Positions 1 to 13,235 of a stretch of 64,000 nt of DNA are shown in pieces. Source of the DNA: Epiperipatus broadwayi (taxonomy: Eukaryota; Animalia; Onychophora); assembly GCA_028023455.1 (NCBI GenBank), contig JAQFVV010000006.1, forward strand, positions 8,432,001 through 8,496,000, in the 5' to 3' direction. The notes beneath the pieces were generated by a model, which worked only from the letters and a program-made list of their open reading frames with translations, had not been told where the DNA came from and made no database searches. Within the stretch, counting starts at the first letter, position 1. Every line of letters starts with the position of its first letter. The translations under genes were made by a program, and so were the position numbers.

Positions 1-1513
1 TTTACTAACAGACTAATGAATTACTTAACTACCTACAGCGGAACTGTAATTTGATTTTTTATTATTTTTCAATAAACTTTCTTCTTGACCAGTTCATATG
101 CAATAATCTACTTTTTTTTTAAAAAAAAAATAAAACATACTGTGTGCGATTTTTTTGTTAATTTAAGAATGAAAAAAAATATTAACTTATTTTTTATTAA
201 TTACAATTCTATCACTGATTACTGAAACATATGATCAAAGTCATATGAAAAAATTAATGATCCCATGTATCTATGATCTGAGAGGTTGATCTGACTTCTG
301 AGTTGATGGACGGTGGTGATTGGATTGCAAGCATGATATAACTCATTGGAAGCTTCAGCTATTTCCTATTAAGTTATTGCATATGCTGTATATGAATACT
401 ATAGTTTTATTTGAATAACCAAACTGGGAAGTTCTTTTATTTTATTATCAGCTGACAATCAGTCAAACATGTCAACTTTAGGTTGTAGCGGTCTGCATTA
501 AGAATTTATTAACAATAATCATATAATCAAAAATTATGAATATTTTAGCATAGTATTTTTTACCTTATTTTACAATTTGTACTATTTTGCAACCTTCTTA
601 CTTAAAATACTTTGTCATTATGCCTTAATATTACTAAAATATGCATTGCACCATATGCATATACGGATAAAGTGGGATTTCCGGAGTTCAAGTTCCATGG
701 ATCGCACCTCCGATAGTCACTTCCAGTACTCGCGCTTCTTATGAATTCCTGAGTAAACAAACCGTTTGATTAATCGTTCTGTAAAATTTAGACCAATGGT
801 GGTGTGGAAGCCCCTTTGAAGTTCAAAGTCCATAGATCACGTCCTACTTGGTTGCTTCCGGTGCTGGAAGTTCTTTTACACTCCCGGTCATTAATGAAAC
901 ATTCGTTTTTTTTTTTTATTTTAGAAGGATAAACGCGTGACTGATAATATTTCAGGATCCATTAGTGACAGACATAAATACTATTTACAAAAAAATACGA
1001 ACATTAGAATATCCTATATAATATTTGCGTATTACAATTTCATTGATATTATTCTATTTATCTTTCTTATCGAAAATTATTTATCGTTCCCATTACGTTA
1101 CTGAAATATGCCAGAAATTAATTCATTGTGAAATTATGGTATAAAAATAGATTTCAGATTTCCTTTCTCTATTTTATTTTATTTTTTTAAAAAGAATGAC
1201 ACAAAAGCAATTTCTCTTCTTGTTAAATAAAATTAGAAATAGTGACAAATACAATTAAACTGTGTCGCACTGATAGGGAGAGGAAATAACTTTTTTCTTT
1301 TTACAGTTAAAAAAAAAAAAATCTAAATAATACTGTTTTTATAATTATTGAATGACACGGAATGAAACGCAAAATGAATATACCATCATTACTTTGTACC
1401 ATTACGAAATAGTCTTTAAATAACCCACTGCATGGCAAAGGCTTCTTCAACACCAATCACCCCCCCCCACCCCAAAATAGAAGAACAGTGACAACAACAA
1501 TCATGAAGTTTTT

Positions 1514-1935
1514 AGCATTTTCCCATCATTGTTTACACGCTAAGAAACGGTAAATACCCATTTACTAACCAGTATTCAGTGGGTGAAATAAAAAAGTAAT
1601 TCGGTATGATATAGAGAAACTATGATTAGGGAAAACTTGATTAATCATCATGATGTTTTGAATCTTTTCTCATCATTGTTTACACGTTAAGAAACGGTAA
1701 ATACCCATTTACCAACCAGTATTCAATGAGTGAAATAAAGAAGTTATTAGATGTGATATAGAGAAGCTACAGTTAGAAAAAAACTTGTTTAATCATCAAG
1801 AGGTTTGGAGCATTTTCCCATCATTGTTTACACGCTAAGAAAGGTAAATACCCATTTACCAACCAGTATTCAATAGTTGAAATATTATTAGTTATTATAT
1901 AGAGAAACTACAGTTAGGGAAAACTTGATTAAGCT
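1514..1935. repeat. Tandem repeat, 3 diverged copies, period 147-148 bp
   Basis: CATCATTGTTTACACG(C/T)TAAGAAA...TACCCATTTAC recurs at 1524, 1671 and 1819. Confidence 0.9.
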
Positions 1936-2951
1936 TAGAGAGACCTTCGTACAGCAGTGAAAAGATGATGATTGAAAATGATGATAATAATACAATAGTT
2001 AAGAAGATTATGGATCAGCTACCAGAAAAGAAAATATTTAAGTTTGATTAGAGGTTGAATGTATTTTCAAAGGTCCATCCTCAAATAGAGTTCTTAAACA
2101 CAGCAAGCGGATGTGCTATCATCGTTAAATCTCAAAGCTCTTAACTACATTGCTTAAATTAGTAATACTATTTTTTTTTTTTAAAAAAAAGTCCTCTTCA
2201 CAATATTTTCAACTCACATTTCCACCAGTTTTTCATAAGAATCTATTTTGATTTAATTAACTACTGCTTGTTTATTTTGTTGTTTATTGCTTTTAAGTTA
2301 ACGTCTAACAACTCGGGGATGATAATTTACGAGCTTTATAATTATGACTTTAAAAATTAGCTGACTTGCTTAATCAATAAGACAATTATAATTAATTATT
2401 CATACAGTAATGTATTTAAACAACTCACTATAATAACTCGCAAATAAAAATTTTGATTTTTATAAACTTGAAAATTTAAAGTTATTGCGTGGTTAATAAA
2501 ATTAAATGATAAAAATTACTCTTGTTTGTTATAAATGTATAAATTGTATTAGATGAATGTTATTTGCACACGACTGTGTTTAACTAAGAGATAAGAAAAC
2601 AAAGACTAACAAGGAAGAAAACTGTTAAATTATATATTTTTAAAAAAATATATTTATTTAATATCTAATGTAGAATCGTTTTATAACATATGACCATTTT
2701 AGAGTAGAACCTCTACTTCTACAATTTCAAGTTGCACAATCTAGACTATGGTCAGCTATGTGGTCTTACGCATGAGGAGAGCTGGTTATCAGTAATTGTG
2801 GAACTGAGTAAAAAAAGTAGCGTTGTAATTCTTTATTAAAGAGGTTATTTTAAAAAAAATTATAATAAATTTGTAAAAATAATAATGTAATTGTTTTTAT
2901 TATTAAAATATGAAGTATAAAGTTGTAATAATTATATTTATAAAGCGCATA

Positions 2952-3151
2952 CGTAATATTTATTTATGCTACAACCTTAAGACTATGCACCTGAAAAAAC
3001 GACAGTAGGGACCTCTGCAAATCTTAAACACAAGATTTCTTTTAAATAAATCTTGTGTTAGACTATGCGCCAGAAAAAACGATAGTAGGGACCTCTGCTG
3101 TCGTTTTTTCAGGCGCATAGTCTTAAGGTTGTAGCCTTAATAAATATTACG
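2952..3151. mobile_element. Foldback (MITE-like) repeat, family M
   Basis: Long imperfect inverted arms CGTAATATTTATT...CTACAACCTTAAGACTATGC...GAAAAAACGACAG, flanked by TA, with an internal direct repeat of the AGGGACCTCT block. The same family recurs at 17.2, 19.2, 20.0, 20.3 and 47.1 kb. Confidence 0.75.
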
Positions 3152-3385
3152 TAAAATTTGAAGTTTAAATTTTAAGGGGAAAAAGCAAATATTTTATAAC
3201 AGATTAAAATAGTGTAGCTAGTTTTTTTTTTATTTTATCCGAAATTTAAAAAAAAAATGTACTTAAAAGAATGTACTTAAAAGAATGTATATTATCTTGC
3301 TTTGAGTGTTTTCTTCAAAAACAACATAATTCAAATAGACTGAAGAAAAATAGATCTGAAAAGCAAAGTTTAAATAAAGCAGCTA

Positions 3386-4628
3386 CCATGTTTCCCCGAA
3401 AATAAGACCTAAACAAAAAATAAACCTACAGTATTCAAGGTCAAGCAAGGTATATACATAAAATAGTATAATACGTAAAATAATAATAATAATTGTATAA
3501 ATGTAGATTAAAACTAATAACTGTATGTATAATGAATATGTAAAATAAGAATAATAACTGTAAAGTAATTATGTATAACGATTGTGTAAAATTGCAATGT
3601 TGTTAAATCATAGAAAGGCCAGCTGACCTTATAGAATCAGAAAATTGTATAAAATACCATATATGGTGAGAAATGTAAAATTACTGCGTGTATGTGAAAA
3701 CGTATGTGAAAACACCATATATGGTTAGGTATGTAAAAGACTCCAGAAGTCTTGAGGGATATATAAACCCCCATAACCTGATCTATTTGTTCTGAGTATT
3801 AATTATAAGTCAGAGATTCCCGCCTCTGTAAGTCCAAAAGCAGGACTAGGGTTATTATATGCAGGTCACCACGACCTTTCATTATTTTATTACGCCTTAT
3901 AATAGGCAAACTATAACCTTACCATCTCAATTCTGCCTTTGTCCATTTATTCCTTGCTGGTCGTAAGACACAGCAAAACCTTAACATGATTTTTCAGGAA
4001 AAGTCCTAGTTAAGATTGTCAGCTTGTTAAAACACATAATGGACAGATGTATAGAATTATAAAGTAATAAGTGCAAAAATAGATATAAATGTAGATTTTT
4101 GTACTTGAATAAATGTAACACAGAATTATTTTGCAGACAAATTCATAACTAATCATTTTAATAAACTTGTGAATACAATTTTACTTTTCATTTATCAATG
4201 CTCATTTATTCAGTCAGATATAAAAATTCCTTTTTCATTGTAAATAAGTCAACATCGATATTTGAATAGCATGATGACAATCCTAGTTCAATCAAACCAA
4301 TTATCGTTTCATATATTATTTTAAATTAAATCTTACTACATTAACAGAATACAAATAACGTTTAATATCCTTATACTGAATGAGAATATTCTGTGATACG
4401 ATTATAATCTTAACCGTTACATATTCAAACAGTAGTAAAAGTTATTTACGTGCTGTTGAGATTACTAATATTGAATAAACATAGATTTTTGTATTTCAAT
4501 AAATATAGATATTCGTTCTTAAGTAAATGTATATCTTTGTACATGAAAAATAGGACATCCCCAGATACCTAAGACATCTTTTGTACCAAAAATTAATATA
4601 AGACCCTGTCTTATTTTAGGGAAAACTG
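3386..4628. mobile_element. Non-autonomous Tc1/mariner-superfamily (pogo/Tigger/Tc2-like) DNA transposon
   Basis: TA|CCATGTTTCCCCGAAAATAAGAC at 3386 and GTCTTATTTTAGGGAAAACTG|TA ending at 4628 form imperfect TIRs with a TA TSD. No transposase is visible inside. Confidence 0.65.
3601..3986. mobile_element. Candidate solo LTR nested in the TcMar element
   Basis: Begins TGTTAA and ends TTAACA, is higher in GC than its flanks, and has a TATA-like ATATATAAAC near 3760. No matching TSD found. Confidence 0.4.
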
Positions 4629-6251
4629 TACATTTTGGATTAAATTAAAAAAGTAAGATTAAACAGATTAAGATTGATTTTAATTTTAATGCATTTTTGT
4701 ATTCAGAGTCAATAGAATAAGAAACCAAGATGTAATTAGATAGGTATAATATAGCTTACTTCAAATTCAAAATTTAATCAATAAGTAATTAAAATATTTT
4801 ATTGTAATTAAAAACAATGAAGCTATCCAAAGTAATGCTAGTGAAACATCAATTAAATGATAATTTAGAAATTTGACTATTAAAGAAATATCTTTGCTGG
4901 TTATTCAAATTTTATTAGACTAAGCCATAGGTATTAATAATAGTTTTAATGAATATGCTTAACAAATAATTACTAACAATAAGTAGATTGGTTATAGGAA
5001 AGAAATAATATATTATAATAACAATTATATTACTATAAATTTGTAAATAAATTATTTTACTATCTGTATACTAATTTAATAATGTTTCAATCTGGAGTAA
5101 CTCATAAACAAAATGATTTAGCCAGGTATAACATATAGACCTTGCATTGGTTGCTTTAATTATAGAAAAAGTCTTCCTATTCAGGTTAATAGAAAAATAA
5201 GGTATACCCCTGAAATATTTCCTGACGGCAGGTATCAGATAGTGGTTGTGCTTTACTACTGACCACTACAATATAAAATTATTACTTGTGCCATCTGCAG
5301 AAATTTTACCCCCTTTTTAAGAGACAATATTTGATGAAAACATGAACTAATCAAAGATTGTAAAATTTCTATTGATACTCTAAGCTAACATTATTCAATA
5401 TTAATATATATATTCATATGATGTTTAATTAATTATTTAAATATATATATATATGCTTTACTTGTGACATATTTCTTTTGCAGTGACCAAGATAAATAAC
5501 AAATGTATATAATTATGACAGACAACATCAACTACAAAATGGACAATATTTGATGAAAACATGGACAGAAAAGATGTTACTTAACTATCTAAAAGATAAA
5601 AAAAAAAAAAAACAGACTTGATTTGGTTTTCTTGATATAACTTGAGCTATATTATTTACTAACACAATTCATGTATACAAGAATATAGTTTGCAAATAAT
5701 TCTGTCATTTTCACAAGTATATAGTAATTGCATCACATGAATACAGTTATGCTACAAATCTGTTAATAATGAACTAGAAGACATTTTTGCTATCTAATTT
5801 GGAGAGAGATGAATACATTTAATGTATGTATATCTGTTTTCTAATATTGGAGATGAACTCATAGATTCAAACTATTGAACTCCTGACCCCTTGTTATATA
5901 TGATAGCTTTCCAAATAATAATTTGCTTAGCGATGATAGAGTTCCCTAAGATCTCTTTGGCACATAAGGAGGTGAACGGTGAATTGATAATTATCTTATT
6001 CTGTATGTCAAGAATGGAAAGAATCCCTTAATTAATTAACTTCTCTATTTATACTACATTGGGATAATTAAAACATTTATGCAATATTTATCAAAAGTGA
6101 CCACTAGGTTATTCGTGAAATTTTAGAAGTAACCATTGATTCAGACAAAAAATGCGGACTAAGAATTTTCCAAATGATTTTAGTTTTATAAAATTTTTAA
6201 TTCCTAATTAAAATCTACAACTGAAGTTTTACAATTGACAATAACAATGGG

Positions 6252-6957
6252 TACGAGGAAATACGCAAAAATAAATGAAATTTGGTAAGAAAAAAAATAT
6301 TTAATTTTAGATGTTATAAATTTAATCCCTTTCAAACTATTGTCCATATAATGCAATGCATCGGGTCTAAAAGTGTTTTTCACTTTGCGAAGTTGCATGG
6401 AAACTCTTGCAAAGAGATGTCTTTTAACACTTCTGTCATTTTTTTCTTCACTACTCCTAAGTCTGCAAAACAGAAAAAGATAATTTTTTCGACAGAGAAT
6501 AAAAAGAAGTCACATGGAGCAAGAGCAAGCTATTATGGCTGATGGATAAGCAGGATCGTGCTAAATTTAATTAAAAATTGTTTCATACTTGTGAGTATTA
6601 GCACATTGTCATAGTGAAAAGTGCACTCCTCACTTTGCCACAAAATGATACATTTATATTTTACCGCATCACGAGTTTCAGAACTTATAAGCTTTAAATG
6701 CCTGATCATTGCGAATGAATTCTGAGTAAACAATACCATTTGCATCCAAAAAACAGTATCATCTTAACATTAGATTTCACTTGCCATGTTTTTTTTTTAG
6801 GGAATATGTGAAATTTGATACTTCCATTAATCCACTCGTAAACTCGTGTTTTTCTAGAGTAACTTGCTTATAAACTGTTTCAAGCATTACAGCTATACTC
6901 CCTGTCATTTTCCCTAATAGAAAATATAATTTCACATTGTTTCAACTTTTCTGCCAT
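6252..6957 (-). pseudogene. Decayed, internally deleted mariner transposase
   Basis: Minus-strand pieces across frameshifts: N-terminal LLGK...SRKTRVYEW, VKSNVKM...DANGIVYSEF, WQSEECTFHYDN (mariner W...LHHDNA), LAPCDFFLF (YSPDLAPxDF) and a C-terminal YFEGD-like end. TACGAGG TIR-like end at 6252. Confidence 0.85.
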
Positions 6958-9425
6958 TTGCAAAAATCAACAAATGTACAAAAATTGACAAATGTGCGAA
7001 ATACAATTTATATATAAAAAAAAAAAAAACATGCTATATGATGCCATAATTGCACACAATGATGCCATTTAGCAGATTAATGTGGAAGGTCACCGCAAAA
7101 AAATATTTAGCAGCAGAAGCAAGTACTATAGCAGGTGTGGCTACCAGAGAATGATTCCAGTTATTTTTGGGTACCGCTTCATCAACGAATACCCTTCATA
7201 CACGTGCACACATACATTCAGCAATATACAAATACGAATACATACTTTGGCTTGCAATTATACATTGCAACTTGAAATAAACAGTAAATCAGCAATGCTG
7301 GAGATTATGCGCACATTAATTTGTCAACAGCATTTCTTGTGATATAAATAACAGGATTAAAAATGGATTCTGATTCATGCTGATTTAGTAAATGCAAGGA
7401 GCACTATATGTCATGCAAGAATAAAGTTTTACATGAAATAAATACATAACAGGTGTTACAAAAAAAGAATTTTCATAAAACTGTAAGATCTTTATTAGCA
7501 TCAACAAAAACCTCTTGCAAATAAATATAAACATTCCAAGCCCAAGGATAAAATGTTTATAAATATAACAAATTTATATAGTTTTTTTCTTAAAAAAGTA
7601 ATAATTTAAATAATTATCATATTATTTTGTTTCAAAATATACAAGAAAAATATTTTTAAACTGTTGTCATATTACTGTTCCTAAGCGAATAATTCATACT
7701 CATCAATATCATTTTTTGATATTATCAATGTGGGAAAAGGGTTTTTTTTAATTTCAATGCAGTTTTTCAGAATTCATAGCATTTCTTCGCATTACTTCAG
7801 CAAATTTCCTAATCTCATCCAATTATCTCATTATTATCACTCCAAACATTTTATAATCTCTTGGGATTTTTTTTGTCATTTCTATTGCCTATCTATTATT
7901 CATTAACTGAATTTTAAAAAAAAAAAAAATATAGAATTGTTAATAGCAGGGCATACTATTAAAAATAATATATTCTGTTACTCTATTCCAAAGCCACCTA
8001 TTTTTTAGCTTAAATAAATGCTGAATACTAGATGATACTGCATGCTAAATCTCAGACTACTTTCTATCTACTGTCCTTCATTAAAAAGAAGAATGCTCTA
8101 AAATAGAGTAATAGAACGAATTATTGCTCCTAATGCATGTAAGCTGAGAAAGGCATGCAAAAGGTATGCCAGAAATATTACGTTTCAAGTTAATATAAGC
8201 ATTATTTTTAAATTCCTTTAAATATGGTGATGCTCTGTAAAGATCATTCAAAAGAGGACAGATTTTAATATATCATAATGCTAAAGATATATAATTCGTT
8301 TACGTAATATTCAGATTATCTATAGTCTTGTGGAATATATTAATCAAATCATAATTTAGACTTGTCTTATTCATTTAAGATTAGATTTAAATTAATTTGG
8401 ATGAATAACCTCCTTGGAAAACTGTCTGGTACTATTTGGGGTTATGATACAAGTACTTTAAGGTCAGTTTCCGTAGCAATATCAATTCTCCCACTGAATA
8501 CATCCTAATTTGGGGGAAAAGTTCCCATATTAAACTTCTGGATACTCAATTAAATATTACATCGACAAACACTTCAGGTACTTTCAAGTTTACTTCTTTG
8601 CAATGGCTGCCTATTCTTTGATATATCCCTCTGCCAGATATCAGAAGTTGCCTTATGGGAACCCAAATTATAGTTTCATCATGTAAAACATATCTTAAAT
8701 CAAAATCCCATTTCTTGAAGTTCAACCAAAAATTTAAAAATTAAGAATTATGACATAAAAAATAGACTTCCTATGAGCTCCCAAACAAATTTCTTTTTCC
8801 ATATCCAAATAATAAAATCAGGTAAATTTGAACTTCTTAAATACTGGGGTTCCATCAACACATTCAGGACAATCCATGGTCATTGTCCTTCCATGGTTCA
8901 TAAGTGTAATCAAACAGCTACTGACCTAAGTAAAGATGAATAGATACAAATGACTATGACACTTATAGCTACAATAACAGAATTAAGAACTTAAAATAGC
9001 CATTAATGGATCTTTCCTCAAGATGGAATCTCTAAACATTCTTCTATGATATTAAATGTCTAAAGAAAGATCCATATGCTAAATAAATAAATTGCGTAAG
9101 TTAAGGTCACCTGTGTGTAATATTCATCGAGATCAACACTTCACACAAAAAAGATTTTAACAATGTTTGTAACTGAATAAATATTTATTATAATTATGTA
9201 ATTCAAGATACATTGAAATAAACAAAAAATAGAATGTATTTGAGAAATTTTAAGAAGTACGTTTTACATTAATAATAAATACAAATAAAAAGATTTGTGT
9301 AAGCAATTAATTATAAACTCAAAAGTGCAATAAAAAAAATATATTGACTGGAAATTAGAAGTTCAGATAAAACATAGTATCATAATACTTGCATATTTGT
9401 TTCTCCAAAATGTTCACCACCAAAT

Positions 9426-10195
9426 GATTATTTAAGTCATTTAGATTCTGCAGATGATGTATTTGTTTCTGAAAATAATGCTTTAGAACTGCAGGAGTTA
9501 TCAGATGAAAGTAGGACTAAAGATAAATGTTAAAAAGGCTAAAATAATGTTTAATGGACTTTCTCAAAATGTGAAAATAAAGATTGATTATGATGAGTTA
9601 GAAGAAATTAACAGCTTCAAATACCTTGGTCAGATTATTAATACAGATGGAAACATAATGGGTGAAATTAATCATAGAATTAAATTTGTTTAGAGTGCTT
9701 TTTGTAGAAATAATTTGATACTAAAAGGAAATATGCCTATGTGTTTGAAAATGAAGGTTTTTAATAAATGGGTTTTGCCAGTTCTTACTTATGGATCTGA
9801 GACTTGGACACTTAATAGAAGAGCAATACAGAGACTTCAGACCATTCAAAGAAGTATGGAGAGATGCATGTTGGGAATAACAAGAAGAGATCGAAAACGC
9901 AATGTATGGTTAAGAGAATAACAGGTGTTACTGACCTCATTGAAAAAATTAAAAGACTGAAGTGGAGTTGGACTGGACATATTGCTAGAAGAGATGATAA
10001 TAGATGGACAATTGAAACCTTAAACTGGATTCCAAGAGATTGTAAAAGACCCAGAAAGAGACCCCATGTGTCATGGATGGATAAAATAAGAAAGTGTGCA
10101 GGGATGATGTGGAGAAGATAAGCTAAAGATCAGAGATGAATTGAACTTGGGAGAGATCTTCACCCTGCAGTAGACTGATAATGGTTGTTGATGAT
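9426..10195 (+). mobile_element. RTE-clade LINE 3' fragment (RT C-terminal half, pseudogenised)
   Basis: HLRFADD-like motif, VGLKINVKKAKIM, FKYLGQ, VLPVLTYGSETWTL, MERCMLGITRRDR, KWSWTGHIARR, then a short GAT-rich tail. Contains stops and frameshifts (ORFs 9505, 9715, 9864). Confidence 0.95.
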
Positions 10196-11514
10196 TACAA
10201 TACATGGAAATATAAAATAAAAAAACACTGTAATGTGCATATGAAAAAGATAAATAAATAAATAAATACTTCTTAAGTTAGGAAAAAAACAGAATCTCTA
10301 CTCCCCAATGAAATACATTTGCAAGCCAGGTATTAATTTAGAATTATGTAACAAAACAAGCAACTCTCTACTCTAACGACATCTATAGTAAGATTGAGTA
10401 ATCCAAAATTCTCAATGGAAAAGGCAAAAGCAAAAAATTGGTCAGGGAAAAAGGATTTTAGATGCACCACCATCTGGTAAACATCTATGTTTATTATAGA
10501 TAGTGTTAGAATTGAATCCCTCCTGTTTTGTCACATGTGGTGCAAGTTAAAGAAACAAGTGATATTAGTCAACCATTATTTAGAATATGAATAAAATTAG
10601 CATCAAAGTGATGAATACAGTGAAATACTTGTTAAATATAAAAATTAATCACACAACAACTACAAATGAAAATAGCTAACATGAAGTCAAATCAGTGTTG
10701 GCAAACAATTCATTTTACTTAACTTAATAATTTTATTAAATTATTCATTTTAATTTGATGACCAATTAAATAATGAGTTTCAATCATATTAGAGATTCTA
10801 TAATAAATTAGCCAAACAAGCATATAACAGCAATAACTCACTGATTCATAAATGCAGAAACTGAAAATTAAGTAATTACAATGCCACTAATTCGGTTAAA
10901 AGAATCAGAGTGATCATACTATAAAAAGGAATAGCCAAAACTATGGCAAACATGCTAATTATAATGCACTATGGTGTTAAATTTAGTGAACTGAAGCCCT
11001 GATTATGAAAATGAAAACCCTAGATCTTTGTAAATAATACAGTAATAAAAAAAAAAAACAGTTTTTACTAATACTCAAAAAGAAAAAAAAAGAAAATTCA
11101 ATCAACTTTTTATAAAAATTACTCTATGTTCGTAGTGTAAGAACATGTTTACATCTAATTTTTCATGTGACCAATCCAAATCAAGTTCATAATAATTTTT
11201 AATTTTGCATTGGTTCATCTTTATAGGTCTTGCAGTTTTGTACTTTAAAATATTATTTCCATCACAAAATTGTTAAAATCAAAATAAGATCATGACTGAC
11301 TAAGTCAAATTTGAAAAATGTTCTGCCGATTTCATTTACAACTTTAACCTGCAATGAATACATTCAGTATCATATACTGGTATAAATTTTTAAATACTTA
11401 AATGTCTCTATTCTGCAAAAAATTTAATTAGTCTGAATTTAGCTTGTTTAGTTTAAATTTTATACAGCTCTCCCCATTTCTGTTATAGCATTATGTCATA
11501 CTGGTTATAGTTTA

Positions 11515-11935
11515 GACAGTTGTAATTTAAATCATCTTTTACAAAAAATTGTTTCTACTTTTTAAGACAAAATATAATAAAACTCACTGTAACTAATGAC
11601 AATAATAATAAGAAGCAAATTTATTTTATTATAATAACTGATTATAAGAAATCAATCAAGAGATTATAAAATATTTAAATCATTTTTTACAATTTTTTTT
11701 TTTACTTTTTAAGACAAATATAGTAAAACTTATTGTAACTAATGGCAACAATAAGAAGCAAATTTATTTCATTATAGTAACTTATTATAAGAAAGGAATC
11801 AAGTGATTATAAAAATCTGGTATAGACTAGAAAGTTGTCAATTTAAACCATCTTTTGCAAAAAATTGCTACTTTTTTCATACTTTTTAAGACAAATATAA
11901 CATAACATATTGTAACCAATGACAGCAATCCAGAT
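11515..11935. repeat. Degenerate tandem repeat, ~3 copies, period ~155-160 bp
   Basis: ATTTAAA(T/C)CATC/TTTT...TTTTTAAGACAAATATA...TGTAAC(T/C)AATG recurs three times. Confidence 0.75.
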
Positions 11936-12879
11936 AAATAAAAGTAATTTTATTTATTTCTTTTTTGCAATTTTATGGCTACATGTTCTTAATTTTTTTA
12001 TACAAATAATTTAATACTTATTGTAAATAATGCTTATAAAAAAATCATATTTAAAGTGATAATTATATAAAATAAATAGGATCTCTTAGAAGTGGCATGA
12101 GATACTGGTTATAAGTGGAATGCCATAAAACTACATTGTAGTCATTGTGGATTAAGTACAAACATTAATAATCTATTGAAAACAAAATAGATTCAGAAAT
12201 CTCATTAAAGTGAGCAATGTTTAAACTTTGAAGTACATTCTATAACAAATTATTATATCATAAAAACCATTAAATATTATTTAGTATTTGTCTGAACAAT
12301 TGTGATGCTGATATAGTTGGGATAATTATATGTAGGGCTATTTCCATCATCTACTATTAATTGTTAAAAGTGTTTAAAAAAATTTCAAACTCCATTTAAA
12401 TGTTTCAAATGCATTCATCTGGGGTAACAGCTACAGATTAGTACATAACATGTTTCAAGTAATATTATTCTCTCTTCCCCAGATATTATTAAAAATCAAA
12501 CCTGGACTTTTAGATTTAGGAGTAATGAATTTAAGGTAATTCATGAATATAAAGGCTCACTTTCAATTCCTATCTTAATATCATTTGAATAATGTTTATG
12601 ATATTACCAACAGTTGAATGTATTTGAAAAGCTTAAATAAAGTTTGAATTTTTCAAAAAACAATTAAAATTATTAATAGATGATAGGAGTAACCCAACAT
12701 ATAATTACTATTAAATATTATTCACTTGAACGCATGTAAAAAAAATTAGCAAATGAAAGTAAAATGTCATATTTAATTTTTACTTCAGTTAGGAGGAAAT
12801 CTTTGAATAACAATTAAAACAATTTAGTAATTAATATCTCAAATTTATTTGAGCATAAATAAAAACTAATGATGGAATG

Positions 12880-13235
12880 TTTCACATGGATATGACTACA
12901 ATACCAAATCCATTAAGAGCTTTGAACATTCCATCATTGATTTTTCAATGACATTTTATGGTTGAATTGTTGAAAGGGTGAGAAGATTAAAGTCTGTCCC
13001 ATTAAAGTTTAAAAAATTAGTATTTTAATATAAGCCGAGCACTGATAGTATATATGTGTGGGAGATTATGATCTGGCTCAACTGATGAGTACTGACTTTG
13101 CATGAAATGAGTATATTAAGGATCATTTATCTTTTTCACATATGTGTGGTCATGTGTCTTGGTTATTTGACATGAAATGGAGAATGAATACAAACTGAAA
13201 TGCTAAGTTCAAATCCCTCTATTTACTATAGATGA
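12880..13235 (+). mobile_element. Family D hammerhead-bearing repeat, old copy
   Basis: Colinear with the 50.9-51.4 kb copy. Core CTGATGA-GTACTGACTTTGCAT-GAAA at 13082-13107. Small 5' inversion (TGATGGAATGTT/AACATTCCATCA). Confidence 0.75.

Noticed and set aside
7082-7342. ORF-track 86-aa ORF
   Set aside because: GTG start, no recognisable domain, no convincing splice context.
8400-8900. GC-richer, coding-like stretch
   Set aside because: No frame stays open and no motif is recognised; probably old element debris.
13077-13120. C/D-box snoRNA reading of the TGATGA motifs
   Set aside because: TGATGA is always followed by a stem and GAAA with hammerhead geometry, lies within dispersed repeats, and has no consistent D box.
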